DNA of 64,000 nt from an uncultured Candidatus Saccharibacteria bacterium (GCA_964642155.1 CAZXNT010000001.1:65238-129237); one strand, 5' to 3'. Shown: positions 9,249-19,583, numbered from the stretch's first letter. A program made the numbers and translations. The notes: generated by a model from the letters alone, not told the origin.

Positions 9249-11120
9249 TCAATACTCAATATAACGCTCTTCGTCGTCCAGAAAATCGCTTAATGTTTCA
9301 AATTTATCGCGATTATTACTTGTAAACTCCACTGTTTCCGGAGCGATTTCATAAAGAAAACGCGAGGGGAAATTATAGAAATTTAAAAATAATTCTTTTT
9401 TGGCGCGTGTCATCGCCACATACATCAAACGGCGCTCTTCTTCAATTTCTTCATCATTATGATATGACATTTGGTGCGGCAACAGTCCTTCATTACAACC
9501 AACGATAAAAACCGCGTCAAATTCAAGCCCTTTGGCCAAATGAATCGTCATTAAATTTATAATATTTTGAGATTTATCTACTAATAGGCGAGATTGAGAA
9601 TCTAAAATTTGAGATTTTTTTATGGCATCACTTGATTGAAAAAGCGAGATTTTTTCAAGAAAATCTTGCAAATTATTGAATTCCGAAGCATAATAAATAA
9701 GTTCATTAATGTTTTCCTCGCGTTCGCGAAAATTATCGTAATTCTTTTTTAATTGGTTTAAATATCCTGTGATTTCCAAAATAAAGCTAATTAACTCAAC
9801 TGGCGGAAGTTTTCCGGTCATTTTCGGAATTTTATCTTGAATTTCCAAAAATGGTTTTTTCAAAAAATTGGTTTTTATTCTCTCAAAACTGACCGTATCG
9901 TTCGGATTAAACGCCCAACGAAGAACCGCCACAATGTCTTTAATTTCTTTGCGTTCATAAAATTTCACGCCGCCGAAAATCTTATAAGCGATGTCGTTTT
10001 CAATAAACGCGCTTTCAATGGCGCGCGACTGCGCGTTAGTGCGATAAAGTATGGCGATAGATTTATTAGAAATTGCCTCCCTTCGGGAGGTCTCCCGCAG
10101 GGAGAGAAATTGGAAATTGGAAATTTTTTCCGCTATCCACTCCGCTTCCCCGTCTTCATCATAATGTTCAATCGCTTTTACCAAATTGCCATCGTCATTT
10201 TCCGTCCAAAGATTTTTATGCTTTTGAAATTTATTTTTGGCTATCAAAGAAGAGGCAGCCTTGATGATGTTGCCGGTTGAACGATAATTTTGTTCTAAAA
10301 AAACGGTTTTTGTTTTCGGCCAATCTTTTTCAAAATTCAAAAAAATTTTAAAATCCGACCCCCTAAATTTATAAATTGACTGTTGGTCGTCTCCGACAAC
10401 GCTTAAATTTTTATGTCCACTAGCCAATAATTTTACAAAAACATATTGCGCCGTATTTGTATCCTGAAATTCGTCAACAAGAATATAACGGAATTTTTTC
10501 TGATATTTTTCAAGAATATCCGGATGATTTTTAAAAATTTTTACCGGCTCCGTGATTAAATCGTCAAAATCAAAAGCATTATTTCTCCGCAGGGTCGTTT
10601 CATATTCCTTAAAAAGAAATTTGACAGTATCATCTTCACTCTCGGGATCGGATAATTCACTTTTAATCCGTGAAAATTCTTTTCGTAAAAATAACGGGTT
10701 AACCTCCTTCTTTTTTTCGTATTCCGAAAAATTAAGATTTTTAACAATTGTTTTTATGAGCCGGAGTGAGTCATCGCCGTCAAAAATGGAAAAATTCGGC
10801 GTTCGGCCGACAAATTTAACTTCGTTTTTTAAAATTCGCGCCCCGAGAGAATGGAAAGTGCCGATGAACGGCTGAACTTTATTTTTTATTCTTAATTCAT
10901 TATTCATTATTCTATTTTTCATTTCTTCCGCCGCCTTATTGGTAAAAGTGATGGCCACAACGCTCTCTGGATCAACTCCGGAAGCCAAAATAGCCGCCAA
11001 ACGGCTGGTTAAAGCCCTGGTTTTCCCGCTTCCGGCTCCGGCAACTATCAAAATCGTCCCCTCTAAGTTTTCCACAGCCTCCTGTTGCTTTTTGTTAAGG
11101 CTTTGATATAATGGGTTCAT
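9249..11120 (-). CDS. pcrA: ATP-dependent DNA helicase UvrD/PcrA
   Basis: AGAGSGKT, TFTNKAA, LVDEFQDTN, LEQNYRS, TIH.AKGLEF, EERRL.YVAMTRA; start taken at MNPLYQSL. Confidence 0.95.
   Translation of the reverse strand: MNPLYQSLNKKQQEAVENLEGTILIVAGAGSGKTRALTSRLAAILASGVDPESVVAITFTNKAAEEMKNRIMNNELRIKNKVQPFIGTFHSLGARILKNEVKFVGRTPNFSIFDGDDSLRLIKTIVKNLNFSEYEKKKEVNPLFLRKEFSRIKSELSDPESEDDTVKFLFKEYETTLRRNNAFDFDDLITEPVKIFKNHPDILEKYQKKFRYILVDEFQDTNTAQYVFVKLLASGHKNLSVVGDDQQSIYKFRGSDFKIFLNFEKDWPKTKTVFLEQNYRSTGNIIKAASSLIAKNKFQKHKNLWTENDDGNLVKAIEHYDEDGEAEWIAEKISNFQFLSLRETSRREAISNKSIAILYRTNAQSRAIESAFIENDIAYKIFGGVKFYERKEIKDIVAVLRWAFNPNDTVSFERIKTNFLKKPFLEIQDKIPKMTGKLPPVELISFILEITGYLNQLKKNYDNFREREENINELIYYASEFNNLQDFLEKISLFQSSDAIKKSQILDSQSRLLVDKSQNIINLMTIHLAKGLEFDAVFIVGCNEGLLPHQMSYHNDEEIEEERRLMYVAMTRAKKELFLNFYNFPSRFLYEIAPETVEFTSNNRDKFETLSDFLDDEERYIEY
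10069..10126 (+). repeat. 30-bp twin-hairpin insert within a GAAATTG heptamer array (pcrA)
   Basis: cctccc-ttc-gggagg tctccc-gca-gggaga at 10076-10105, flanked by gaaattg. Confidence 0.85.
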
Positions 11121-11169
11121 TAGTACAATAGTAAGCAAAATTAAATATTTAGCAAATAAAGCGGAAAAA

Positions 11170-11808
11170 ATGAGATTTGACTGCCTCGCTATGCTCTGGT
11201 GGGGACTTTTAATTTTAGCGGTCATTACGGTAAATTTCGCTTCAAATAAGGCTAATTTGAACGTTTCTTTTGTTAAAAACAGTCTCGGTGGTCCGAGCGA
11301 AGAATATCAGCGCCAACATCAAGACGCTCTTTTGGCAGCCACGGCATTAGCGCAAGGAATTCCGGAAGAAACTTCCCAAAACACCTATTCCGACGCTCTT
11401 AATACCAAAAATTCTCCAATTAATCAAAAAATCAATAAAAAATCAAATAAATTACGGATTTCCCCTCCGACTATCGGCTGGAATTGGGGACAATTACACA
11501 CTTTTAACGCCGTTGACATTGCCAACCGTTGTGGCACGCCAATATACGCGGTAAAAGACGGAATTATCACTGAAATAAATGACGATAATAGTTGGAATAA
11601 CGGTTATGGAAATTCCATTACTATGGAGCATTCAAATAATATTGAAACGCTTTATGCGCACCTTGAAAAAGTTCAAACTCAAATCGGCCAATACGTAAAA
11701 GAGAAAGAGCTTATCGGTTATATGGGCAGTACCGGCAATACGGACGGCCCGACTGGCTGCCACCTCCATTTTGAAGTTCACGGCGCGGAAAACCCGTTGG
11801 CAAATTAA
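11170..11808 (+). CDS. M23 family metallopeptidase
   Basis: H..NAVDIA, GYGN, TLYAHL and HLHFEV motifs; N-terminal TM. Confidence 0.9.
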   Translation: MRFDCLAMLWWGLLILAVITVNFASNKANLNVSFVKNSLGGPSEEYQRQHQDALLAATALAQGIPEETSQNTYSDALNTKNSPINQKINKKSNKLRISPPTIGWNWGQLHTFNAVDIANRCGTPIYAVKDGIITEINDDNSWNNGYGNSITMEHSNNIETLYAHLEKVQTQIGQYVKEKELIGYMGSTGNTDGPTGCHLHFEVHGAENPLAN

Positions 11809-13361
11809 CTCTTCTCTCTCACCCTATATTGAAATGCCTCCGCCAAGTGATTGCCTTTTATTTTTTCCGAATTTTCCAAATCGGCGATTGTTTGAGCGAT
11901 TTTTAAAACTCGGTAATATCCCCTGGCGGAAATAAAAGATTTTTCCATTATATTTTTTAATACTGATTCCGCGTCATCGGCCAACGCAACTATTTCATCA
12001 ACCATTTTTGAACTCATTTCGGAGTTTAAATAAATTTTCGGCCTAGTTTTCACAAAACGATTCTTCTGAATTTCACGCGCTTTTAAAACCGCCTCTTTTA
12101 TTTTTTTATTAATATTATTATCGCGGCTCGGCGCTTCTTTTCTTAATTCTTCTATTTTTATTCGTGGCACTTCAATTTGAATATCAATTCTATCCAGAAG
12201 CGGACCGGAAATTTTCTTTTGATAACGAAAAACTTCGTTCGCCGTGCATTGGCATTCTTTTTCCGGCGTTTCAACTCCGAAATAACCGCAAGGGCAAGGA
12301 TTCATCGCCGCCACCAAAGAAAATTTCGCCGGAAAATCAAGTGAGCCCTTGGCGCGAGAAATACAAACATTACCGCTTTCCAATGGCTGACGTAAAGATT
12401 CTAAAAGGTCGCGGCGAAATTCCGGAATTTCATCAAGAAACAAAACTCCCCGATGCGCCAAACTTATTTCTCCGGGCTTGGGATTCGCTCCGCCACCAAT
12501 AACCGAAACCATTGAAGCTGAATGGTGTGGCGCCCGAAACGGCCTAAAATTCACGAACGGATTATTGCCCAAAGCGCCAGCAGCGCTGTAAATCTGCGTT
12601 GTTTCAATGATTTCGTCTAGCGAAGGCAAAGGTAAAATCGAAACTAAGGCCTGAGCCAACATTGTTTTGCCGGCTCCCGGCGGTCCAAACATTAAGATAT
12701 TATGTCCGCCGGCAGCCGCTACCGTTAAAGCCCGCTTGGCGCTTTCCTGCCCCTTAATGTCCGAAATATTAACTAACGACTCTTCATTTGTTGAATCAAA
12801 TTCAATCTTGAACGGCTTTTGAAAAACCATTTCTTTTCTTTCTTCAAGAAAATCAATCAATTCAATTAAATTTGAAACTGGAACAATATTTATTCCTTTT
12901 ATAATCGCGGCTTCAGCCGCGTTTTCTTTCGGTAAAAATAAAAATTTAAATCCGAGTTTTTTTGCCAAACGGCTGATGCTTAAACTTCCGGAAATCTGCC
13001 TTAATCCCCCGTCTAAAGAAAGTTCGCCGATGAAAATTTTATCCTTAGTTTCAAAATTTTTAATTTGTTTAGTGGCCAGTAAATAGCCGGTGGCAATCGC
13101 CAAATCGTATTGCGAACCGGTTTTTTTAATGTCAGCCGGCGCGAGATTAACCGTAATTTTTCTGTTTTCTTTTGTCGGCGGCTTGATGCCGGAATTTTTT
13201 AAAGCCGAACTTACGCGCTCTTTCGCCTCTTTCAACGCCCTATCTGCCAAACCGACTATATTAAACGAATGAAGACCGACGTTAATGTCGGTCTCCACTT
13301 CAATAAGCCTGGCGTTAATTCCTTCAAGTTCAGCTGAATAAACTTTAGAGAAATTTTTCAT
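11805..13361 (-). CDS. comM: YifB/ComM Mg-chelatase-like AAA ATPase
   Basis: VGL.D.A.KE.KERV, GPPGAGKT, PGEISLAHRGVLFLDE, AAMNPCPCG and SGPLLDRID motifs. Confidence 0.9.
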   Translation of the reverse strand: MKNFSKVYSAELEGINARLIEVETDINVGLHSFNIVGLADRALKEAKERVSSALKNSGIKPPTKENRKITVNLAPADIKKTGSQYDLAIATGYLLATKQIKNFETKDKIFIGELSLDGGLRQISGSLSISRLAKKLGFKFLFLPKENAAEAAIIKGINIVPVSNLIELIDFLEERKEMVFQKPFKIEFDSTNEESLVNISDIKGQESAKRALTVAAAGGHNILMFGPPGAGKTMLAQALVSILPLPSLDEIIETTQIYSAAGALGNNPFVNFRPFRAPHHSASMVSVIGGGANPKPGEISLAHRGVLFLDEIPEFRRDLLESLRQPLESGNVCISRAKGSLDFPAKFSLVAAMNPCPCGYFGVETPEKECQCTANEVFRYQKKISGPLLDRIDIQIEVPRIKIEELRKEAPSRDNNINKKIKEAVLKAREIQKNRFVKTRPKIYLNSEMSSKMVDEIVALADDAESVLKNIMEKSFISARGYYRVLKIAQTIADLENSEKIKGNHLAEAFQYRVREKS

Positions 13362-13362
13362 A

Positions 13363-13446
13363 GTATTCGCGAATAATGCCAATTTTTTATCAATAATGCG
13401 AATAAATTATTAGCATTATTTGCGAGCAATTCGCATTATTAGCGAT
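13363..13446. repeat. Degenerate ATTCGC/ATTAGC short tandem and inverted repeats
   Basis: attcgcgaataatgcc...aatgcgaat...attagcattatttgcg..attcgcattattagcg. Confidence 0.5.
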
Positions 13447-13759
13447 TACTCTTGCATTCCCGGCACAATTTTGATTCCGGGCTTATTCCAAGAATTTCCG
13501 CGGAGATTTCTTTTTTACAATTTTCGCAAACTCCGTATTTGCCATTATTGATTTTTTCCAAAGCCGATTCAATATCAGATAAACGCTCTTTTAAAGTTTG
13601 GACAATGGACATCACGTTGCCGTATTCTTCGGATTCATCGGTTTCTTCATCCGGGTCCACATCGCTGCCGAAATCGGCAATCCCTTTGTGTTTTTTTAAT
13701 TCTTCCAAAACTTCCTGTTTTTCTTTTTCAAGTTTTTGTTTAAATTCAATGGTATTCAT
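13439..13759 (-). CDS. TraR/DksA C4 zinc-finger protein
   Basis: ALEKI..GKYGVCENC..EI.......P...LCRECK. Confidence 0.9.
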   Translation of the reverse strand: MNTIEFKQKLEKEKQEVLEELKKHKGIADFGSDVDPDEETDESEEYGNVMSIVQTLKERLSDIESALEKINNGKYGVCENCKKEISAEILGISPESKLCRECKSNR

Positions 13760-13769
13760 AAATTATAAA

Positions 13770-14114
13770 TTACAACAATTTCAATGCCAAATTATACGCT
13801 AAAAATCCCAATCCCGCAACCGCTATTATCATGATTACAACTATAATTATTATTTTTAACGAAGACTTGGCTTTGGTAACTTCGCCGGCTGTCGCCCTCA
13901 CTTCTCCCGTAGACGCGAAAATTCCTTGTTCCGAACCAACATATCCCGGCACGCCAATATTAATTTTCATTTCCTCAACAGCCGCCGGTTTTTTATCTTC
14001 GGCTAATTTTACAAACTGCATAGAAGTCGCGTCGCCGCCGCTGGCTTTAATCGCCGCAATGTCGGACTTCATTGTCCTGATTTCAATATCCTGATTTTGA
14101 GAATTATTTTCCAT
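13770..14114 (-). CDS. Hypothetical protein with C-terminal TM
   Basis: 114-aa ORF in operon orientation; IRTMKSDI motif. Confidence 0.7.
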   Translation of the reverse strand: MENNSQNQDIEIRTMKSDIAAIKASGGDATSMQFVKLAEDKKPAAVEEMKINIGVPGYVGSEQGIFASTGEVRATAGEVTKAKSSLKIIIIVVIMIIAVAGLGFLAYNLALKLL

Positions 14115-14150
14115 TTTTGAATTATATTCAAATTTTTAAAATCACGCAAA

Positions 14151-15056
14151 TTATCTTCTTCTCCTGCCATGAAACGCTTTATGAACTTCGCGAAGTTCTT
14201 TATTGGTTAAGTGAGTATAAATTTGAGTTGTTGAAATATTGGAGTGGCCGAGCAATTCCTGCACCGAGCGCAAGTCCGCTCCGCCGATTAAAAGGTCAGT
14301 GGCAAATTGATGACGCAACTGATGAGGAGATATTCTTTCAAAAATTCCGGCTTTACGACTGTAAAAATCAACTAATCTTTGCGCCGTTCTCGGTAAAATT
14401 CTACCGATAATTTTAGAAGAATTTTTATTCAAACTGATAAATAACGCTTCTTCAATATCTCCACGCTTATCCAAATAATTTTTAAGCGCTTTTTTGGCGC
14501 GTTCGGAAAGAAAAACTACTCGTATTTTGCCGCCTTTGCCACGAACCGTGATTTCACCGCGGTCAATGTCTATGCGCCTATCCAGCGAACAAAGTTCGGA
14601 AATGCGCAAACCGGTTGAAAACAACATTTCCAAAATAGCCTTATCCCGCAAAGATTTTAAATCATCTCCCTGCGGCGCGTTAAGCAACCGTTCCATGTCT
14701 TTATACTCAACTATCTTAATCTGGCGTTCGGGAATTTTCGGCAATTCAATTTTATCCGGCGACAAAACATTATAATCATTTTTAATCAAATATTTTAAAA
14801 AATTCCTTAAAGCGATAATATAATAAGATTGCGTCGTTTTTTTAAGATATTCTCCCTTTTCATTCTTCATTCGTGCCAAATGCAACCGAAAATTTTTTAT
14901 CTTATCAACATCAATGTTTTTTTCGCTTTTAATTCCGCTAAATTTAAAAAAAACTTTAAGATAACGCTCGTAATTTTCCCGCGTTTTTAAAGAACGATTT
15001 TTTTCTATTTCAAGATAATCAAGATAATTTTGAAAAAGATTTTTAATGTCCGCCAT
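14151..15056 (-). CDS. XerC/XerD-type tyrosine recombinase
   Basis: RDKAILEMLFSTGLRISEL, GKGGKIR, PHQLRH.FAT.LL..GADLR.VQELLGH..I.TTQIYTH. Confidence 0.92.
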   Translation of the reverse strand: MADIKNLFQNYLDYLEIEKNRSLKTRENYERYLKVFFKFSGIKSEKNIDVDKIKNFRLHLARMKNEKGEYLKKTTQSYYIIALRNFLKYLIKNDYNVLSPDKIELPKIPERQIKIVEYKDMERLLNAPQGDDLKSLRDKAILEMLFSTGLRISELCSLDRRIDIDRGEITVRGKGGKIRVVFLSERAKKALKNYLDKRGDIEEALFISLNKNSSKIIGRILPRTAQRLVDFYSRKAGIFERISPHQLRHQFATDLLIGGADLRSVQELLGHSNISTTQIYTHLTNKELREVHKAFHGRRRR

Positions 15057-16046
15057 TTATTTTCTTTTTATGGCGCACTTCGCCGCTTTAATAATACTTT
15101 CCACACCCAAGCCATATTTTTCAATTAATTCTTCGGGCTTGCCGCTTTCGCCGAAACAATCCTGCATTCCGATAAATTCCATCGGCACCGGATAATTCTT
15201 TGCCAAAACTTCCGCCACCGCTCCGCCTAATCCTCCTAAAACATTATGTTCTTCCACGCTCACGACAGCCCCGCATTTTTTCGCAAGTTCAATGATTTTT
15301 TTATCGTCAATCGGCTTAATGGTATGATTATTTAAAACAATTGTTCCAATGTCTTCTTTTTCCAATTCTTTCGCCGCTTGCAAAGCATTATGCAAAACAG
15401 GGCCACAGCCGATTATAACGACTTGCGGTTTTTTAGATTGCCAAAAAATTTCCGCTTTTCCGGGAACAAACGGTGTTTCTTCGGTCGTAATAACCGTTGT
15501 TTTCTCGCGGGCAAAACGCAAATAAACCGGTCCCCAGATTTGCGCGACGGCGATTGTGGCTTTTTTCGCTTCAATCGCATCACAAGGAACAATCACTTTC
15601 ATATTCGGCATCGCCCGCATAGTGGTAATATCTTCAATCGCCTGATGAGTAGCGCCGTCCGGCCCCACGGAAACGCCGGCATGCGCACCGCCGATTTTCA
15701 CATTAGAATCGTTATAAGCGATTGTCGTTCTAATTTGCTCCCAATTTCTGCCCGGAGAAAAAACTGCGTAAGAAGAAATAAAAGGAATTTTTCCGGAAAC
15801 GCCCAAGCCGGCCGCTATTGCCGCCATATTCTGTTCAGCCACGCCCATTTCAAAAAATCTTTCCGGAAATTTTTTCGCAAACCAATGGCTCCGCGTCGAT
15901 TCTTTTAAATCCGCGCATAAGACAACAACATTTTTATTTTCCTCGCCGGCAATTAAAAGCCCTTCACCGTATCCGTCGCGCGTCGGTTTTTTTGCCGCAT
16001 CCTTTTCAAAAATTTTATTATTTAATTTTATTTCTTGATTAATCAT
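15057..16046 (-). CDS. Transketolase, C-terminal subunit
   Basis: EMGVAEQNM, GPDGATHQ and VEEH motifs. Confidence 0.93.
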   Translation of the reverse strand: MINQEIKLNNKIFEKDAAKKPTRDGYGEGLLIAGEENKNVVVLCADLKESTRSHWFAKKFPERFFEMGVAEQNMAAIAAGLGVSGKIPFISSYAVFSPGRNWEQIRTTIAYNDSNVKIGGAHAGVSVGPDGATHQAIEDITTMRAMPNMKVIVPCDAIEAKKATIAVAQIWGPVYLRFAREKTTVITTEETPFVPGKAEIFWQSKKPQVVIIGCGPVLHNALQAAKELEKEDIGTIVLNNHTIKPIDDKKIIELAKKCGAVVSVEEHNVLGGLGGAVAEVLAKNYPVPMEFIGMQDCFGESGKPEELIEKYGLGVESIIKAAKCAIKRK

Positions 16047-16056
16047 TAATTTAAAA

Positions 16057-16090
16057 TTACATTACGACTGCTATCGCAGGTGTAATGTAA
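16057..16090 (-). repeat. 34-bp palindrome, intergenic between the transketolase halves
   Basis: ttacattacgac tgctatcgca ggtgtaatgtaa (core inverted relative to other copies). Confidence 0.9.
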
Positions 16091-16109
16091 TTATTAAAAT
16101 TTTTAATTA

Positions 16110-16970
16110 TTATTCATGTTCGGATTTAATCTGGCCTCCCAATGTCCGTAATTCATTTAATGCTTTTTTCGCCTGTTCTTTATCCGGAGGAATGCCGTGC
16201 CACAAATAATCCTGCTCCATAAAACTCACGCCCTTGCCGGGAATTGTATGTGCGATAATTACAGTCGGTTTTTCAAAAATCGCCTTAGCTTCATTACAAG
16301 CGTCAACAATCTGTTCAATATTATGACCGTCAATTTCCAAAACATGCCAGCGGAACGCTTCGTATTTTTCTTTCAAAGATTCCAATGGCATGACATCTTC
16401 GGTAAATCCGTCTATCTGGATATTATTTCTGTCAATAATCGCCGTAATATTACTTAATCTGTTTTTTCCGATAAACATCGCCGCTTCCCAAGTATTGCCA
16501 CAATTCTGCTCGCCATCGGACATTAAAGAATAAATCCGATGTTTTTTATTATCTAATTTAGCAGCCAAAGCAAAGCCTGCGGATTGCGACAATCCCGAGC
16601 CCAAAGGCCCGGAAGTTGTTTCAACTCCCGGCAAAGCGCCGCGGTGCGGATGCCCCTGCAAGCGCGAATTTAATTTTCGCAAAGTTTTCAATTCTTCTAT
16701 ATCAAAATATCCGACTCGCGCCAATGTCGCATATTGAACCGGACAAATATGTCCGTTTGATAAAATTAATCTATCCCTGTCCGGCCAAACCGGATTTTTT
16801 GGATCATGATTTAAAATATGAAAATATAAGGCTGTAAAAACATCGGCCATTCCCAAAGGCCCGGCTGAATGACCCGAACCGGCCTCAACGAGCATTTCAA
16901 TAATGTTCTGGCGAATTTGATTCGCTGTTTCTTCTAAAAATTTAAGTTTTCTTTCGTGTAATAATTCCAT
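16110..16970 (-). CDS. Transketolase, N-terminal subunit
   Basis: SGHSAG, DRLILSNGH, LQGHP and SDGE TPP-binding motifs. Confidence 0.93.
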   Translation of the reverse strand: MELLHERKLKFLEETANQIRQNIIEMLVEAGSGHSAGPLGMADVFTALYFHILNHDPKNPVWPDRDRLILSNGHICPVQYATLARVGYFDIEELKTLRKLNSRLQGHPHRGALPGVETTSGPLGSGLSQSAGFALAAKLDNKKHRIYSLMSDGEQNCGNTWEAAMFIGKNRLSNITAIIDRNNIQIDGFTEDVMPLESLKEKYEAFRWHVLEIDGHNIEQIVDACNEAKAIFEKPTVIIAHTIPGKGVSFMEQDYLWHGIPPDKEQAKKALNELRTLGGQIKSEHE

Positions 16971-16972
16971 AT

Positions 16973-17629
16973 TTATATCGCCGCTAATTCTTTATAAACC
17001 TCTTGTGGATTGCCGCTTTCCCAAATATACGAACCGACCGCTAAAATATCAACTTCGGCTTCTTGGCATAATTTCGCGGTTTCCAAATTTATGCCGCCGT
17101 CAACTTCTATTATAACATCGGAAAATTTTTTCTTCAAAAATTTTATCTTATCCAAAACCTGCGGCTGAAATTTCTGACCGGACAATCCGGGATTAACAGC
17201 GAGTATTTGCACAAAATTCCTGCTTCTATTGATAGAAGCAGATAAAAAGGGAATTAAATTTTCAACCGATGTATCGGGATTTATCGCCAACCCGATTTCA
17301 ACGCCACTTAAAACTTTTAAACTTTGAAACTCTAAAACTTTAACTGCTTCCAAATGAACAATTATTCTTCTCGCCCCAGCCTTAATCCAATCGCCAATAA
17401 CCACTAATGGATTTTCAACCATTGAATGAACTTCGAGATTAATTTTCAATTTCCAATTTTCAATTTTCAATTTCTCTAAATCTTTTAGTTGATTCCAAGT
17501 TTTATGCGCAGTAAATTTGCCATCCGCGATATCAATCTGAACCCACTCCGCGCCAAATTCTACGGCTTTTTTTAATTTTTCCGCAACGCAGGCAAAATCG
17601 CCGCAATTTATCGTCGGAATAATTTTCAT
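16973..17629 (-). CDS. rpe: Ribulose-phosphate 3-epimerase
   Basis: DIADGKF, V.PG..GQ.F and VDGGIN motifs; in-frame 7- and 8-bp tandem repeats. Confidence 0.88.
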   Translation of the reverse strand: MKIIPTINCGDFACVAEKLKKAVEFGAEWVQIDIADGKFTAHKTWNQLKDLEKLKIENWKLKINLEVHSMVENPLVVIGDWIKAGARRIIVHLEAVKVLEFQSLKVLSGVEIGLAINPDTSVENLIPFLSASINRSRNFVQILAVNPGLSGQKFQPQVLDKIKFLKKKFSDVIIEVDGGINLETAKLCQEAEVDILAVGSYIWESGNPQEVYKELAAI

Positions 17630-17681
17630 TCCAATTAATGATACCGTAATTAAAACAAAACAAAAAGACCGATTACTCGGC

Positions 17682-18311
17682 CTAGTGGAAATTTCTAAAT
17701 TTATTTTTCATTATTATTTTGACATTTTTCATGTCAAAATAATCGGTTTCTTTAAAAAAATCATAATTCATAACGGAAAAAGGGGAGCCGTGATATCCGT
17801 CATAATCTATCGCTCCGAAAAGATGTCCGATTTCATGAGCTATAATCCGCTTTTCAAAAAAAGCGTCATCGCTTACTCCCACTAACGCATAATTTCCCAA
17901 ATATTCAGCCACACCCATCCACCAAAGATAATTTGTCTTTTGATCAGTAAAAGCCACAACAATGTCTATTTCTGGCATTATCTGGAATTTCCTTTTTACT
18001 TCATTAAGCATTGCCCTTTTATCATCACTATCCGACTCCGAACTCCATTCTTCAAAATCTTTCAAAATAAATTTAATTCTAAATTGATTTTCATAAATAA
18101 CCGAGACTTCATTAAATAAATCAACTATTCTTTCTTCCGAATTTTTATTTTTTTGCTTATATTTGTCATCAATAACAACTTTAACAATAATAATTCTAAT
18201 ATATTCATTGCCTATTCCCAAATCTTTGTAAGTAAAAATTTTTTCCGCGACGCAACCGAACATAAAAATAACAAGGGTTAAAATGACTCCCAGTCTTTTC
18301 AAAAATTTCAT
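17682..18311 (-). CDS. M12-like zinc metallopeptidase lipoprotein
   Basis: Lipobox-like MFGC; HEIGHLFGA..D and SVM Met-turn; AGGAGG SD. Confidence 0.75.
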   Translation of the reverse strand: MKFLKRLGVILTLVIFMFGCVAEKIFTYKDLGIGNEYIRIIIVKVVIDDKYKQKNKNSEERIVDLFNEVSVIYENQFRIKFILKDFEEWSSESDSDDKRAMLNEVKRKFQIMPEIDIVVAFTDQKTNYLWWMGVAEYLGNYALVGVSDDAFFEKRIIAHEIGHLFGAIDYDGYHGSPFSVMNYDFFKETDYFDMKNVKIIMKNKFRNFH

Positions 18312-18353
18312 TTTCTGCCTCCTTATTTAAAAATTAAAGAACGTTTATTTTGT

Positions 18354-19562
18354 CTAAGATTTAACACAATAAACAGGATCGTCGCAATTCACTCTATAAA
18401 TAATTCCATCTTCATCATTTTCGAATAAGAGATTATTTTTATCTTCTAAAATAGCGCCTAAAATATAACTTTGACCGTCATCGCTGATACTATATGAATA
18501 AAATCGAATTGTTTTATCTTTATCTTTAATTAAAATGTCTTTTAAAAAATGCAATGAATTAGCTATGACGAGTGATTTCCCGTCAAATTTCAAATAGTCG
18601 CTTTTTGAAGCACTTGGATAATATTTTTTTGCAAGGTAATAATCGTTTAAATAAATCTGAATTTTGGAAAAATCAGACATCACCTGTTGTGCGGGATGCG
18701 CTTTTTGTTTAATTTTATTAAATCCAATACCAACTACTGACGCAAACAACACAAACAATATTATTAATAACGCTATAATCGCTCCAAATGTCGCGCAAAA
18801 AACAAAAAATCTCTTTTTAGTTTTAATCGGTTGATTAACTAACTCCGGCTTAAGCGAAATTAATGAGCGATATAAAATAAAGGAGTAAGCCACGGCAAAT
18901 GGCAATAATAAGAATGTGTATAAAATCTCATCTACTAATACTAATAAAGTATTATCTATAATATTTTTGTTAAAAATATCAAACGGGGAAATAATCACAA
19001 AACTAATACCAGTTATTATTAATGAACAAATTAATATTCTCCAAAAAATCTTCCACCAACAACCAGCCACATAATCTTTGCTTCTTAGAAGCGCTTGTAG
19101 ACCATATAAATTTTGGTCAATTAAAATATAGGCGGCAAAAATGAACCAGACGCCAAAAATGAAAATTGGAATAATCCCCATTACTAATCCGCCTAAACCA
19201 ATAAAAAAGCCAAGAACAACAAGCCATAAATAAGATTTGAATTTTGAAAGAGCTGATTTATAGGCGGCAATTACACCTAAGGATTCATCACAAAAAGCGC
19301 AAATTAAAGCCAACGGAGTAAATAAAAACAAAATAATAAACCAGCTAATCAGAATTATAAAACCTATTATTACTAAAAATATGTTGCTTTCAAAAACATA
19401 GGTGATTTGCAATAGTACCGAAAAAACAAATGGTAGTAAGCTAATAAAAATTAGTGTCTTAAAGCGATTCTTATATATTAACCAAGAAGACCCAAAAAGT
19501 TGACGGATAGAAATTAAAGATTTATTTGTGTTATTTAATTTTTGAGCTTTGAATTCGTCCAT
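18354..19562 (-). CDS. Multi-TM membrane protein with a C-terminal pilin/GspG-like globular domain
   Basis: True start MDEFK at 19562 (the upstream extension is the gap duplicate); multiple TMs, AL..S..YV.G.WW.IF.R, C-terminal Y.Y....GQSY.L.A.LE...C....YC. Confidence 0.7.
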   Translation of the reverse strand: MDEFKAQKLNNTNKSLISIRQLFGSSWLIYKNRFKTLIFISLLPFVFSVLLQITYVFESNIFLVIIGFIILISWFIILFLFTPLALICAFCDESLGVIAAYKSALSKFKSYLWLVVLGFFIGLGGLVMGIIPIFIFGVWFIFAAYILIDQNLYGLQALLRSKDYVAGCWWKIFWRILICSLIITGISFVIISPFDIFNKNIIDNTLLVLVDEILYTFLLLPFAVAYSFILYRSLISLKPELVNQPIKTKKRFFVFCATFGAIIALLIILFVLFASVVGIGFNKIKQKAHPAQQVMSDFSKIQIYLNDYYLAKKYYPSASKSDYLKFDGKSLVIANSLHFLKDILIKDKDKTIRFYSYSISDDGQSYILGAILEDKNNLLFENDEDGIIYRVNCDDPVYCVKS

Positions 19563-19583
19563 TTTTAATTTAATTATATTGTT

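Noticed and set aside
14151-15056. Integron or phage integrase
   Set aside because: Xer-like length and motifs, embedded in a housekeeping operon, with no IntI-specific insertion or adjacent cassette array
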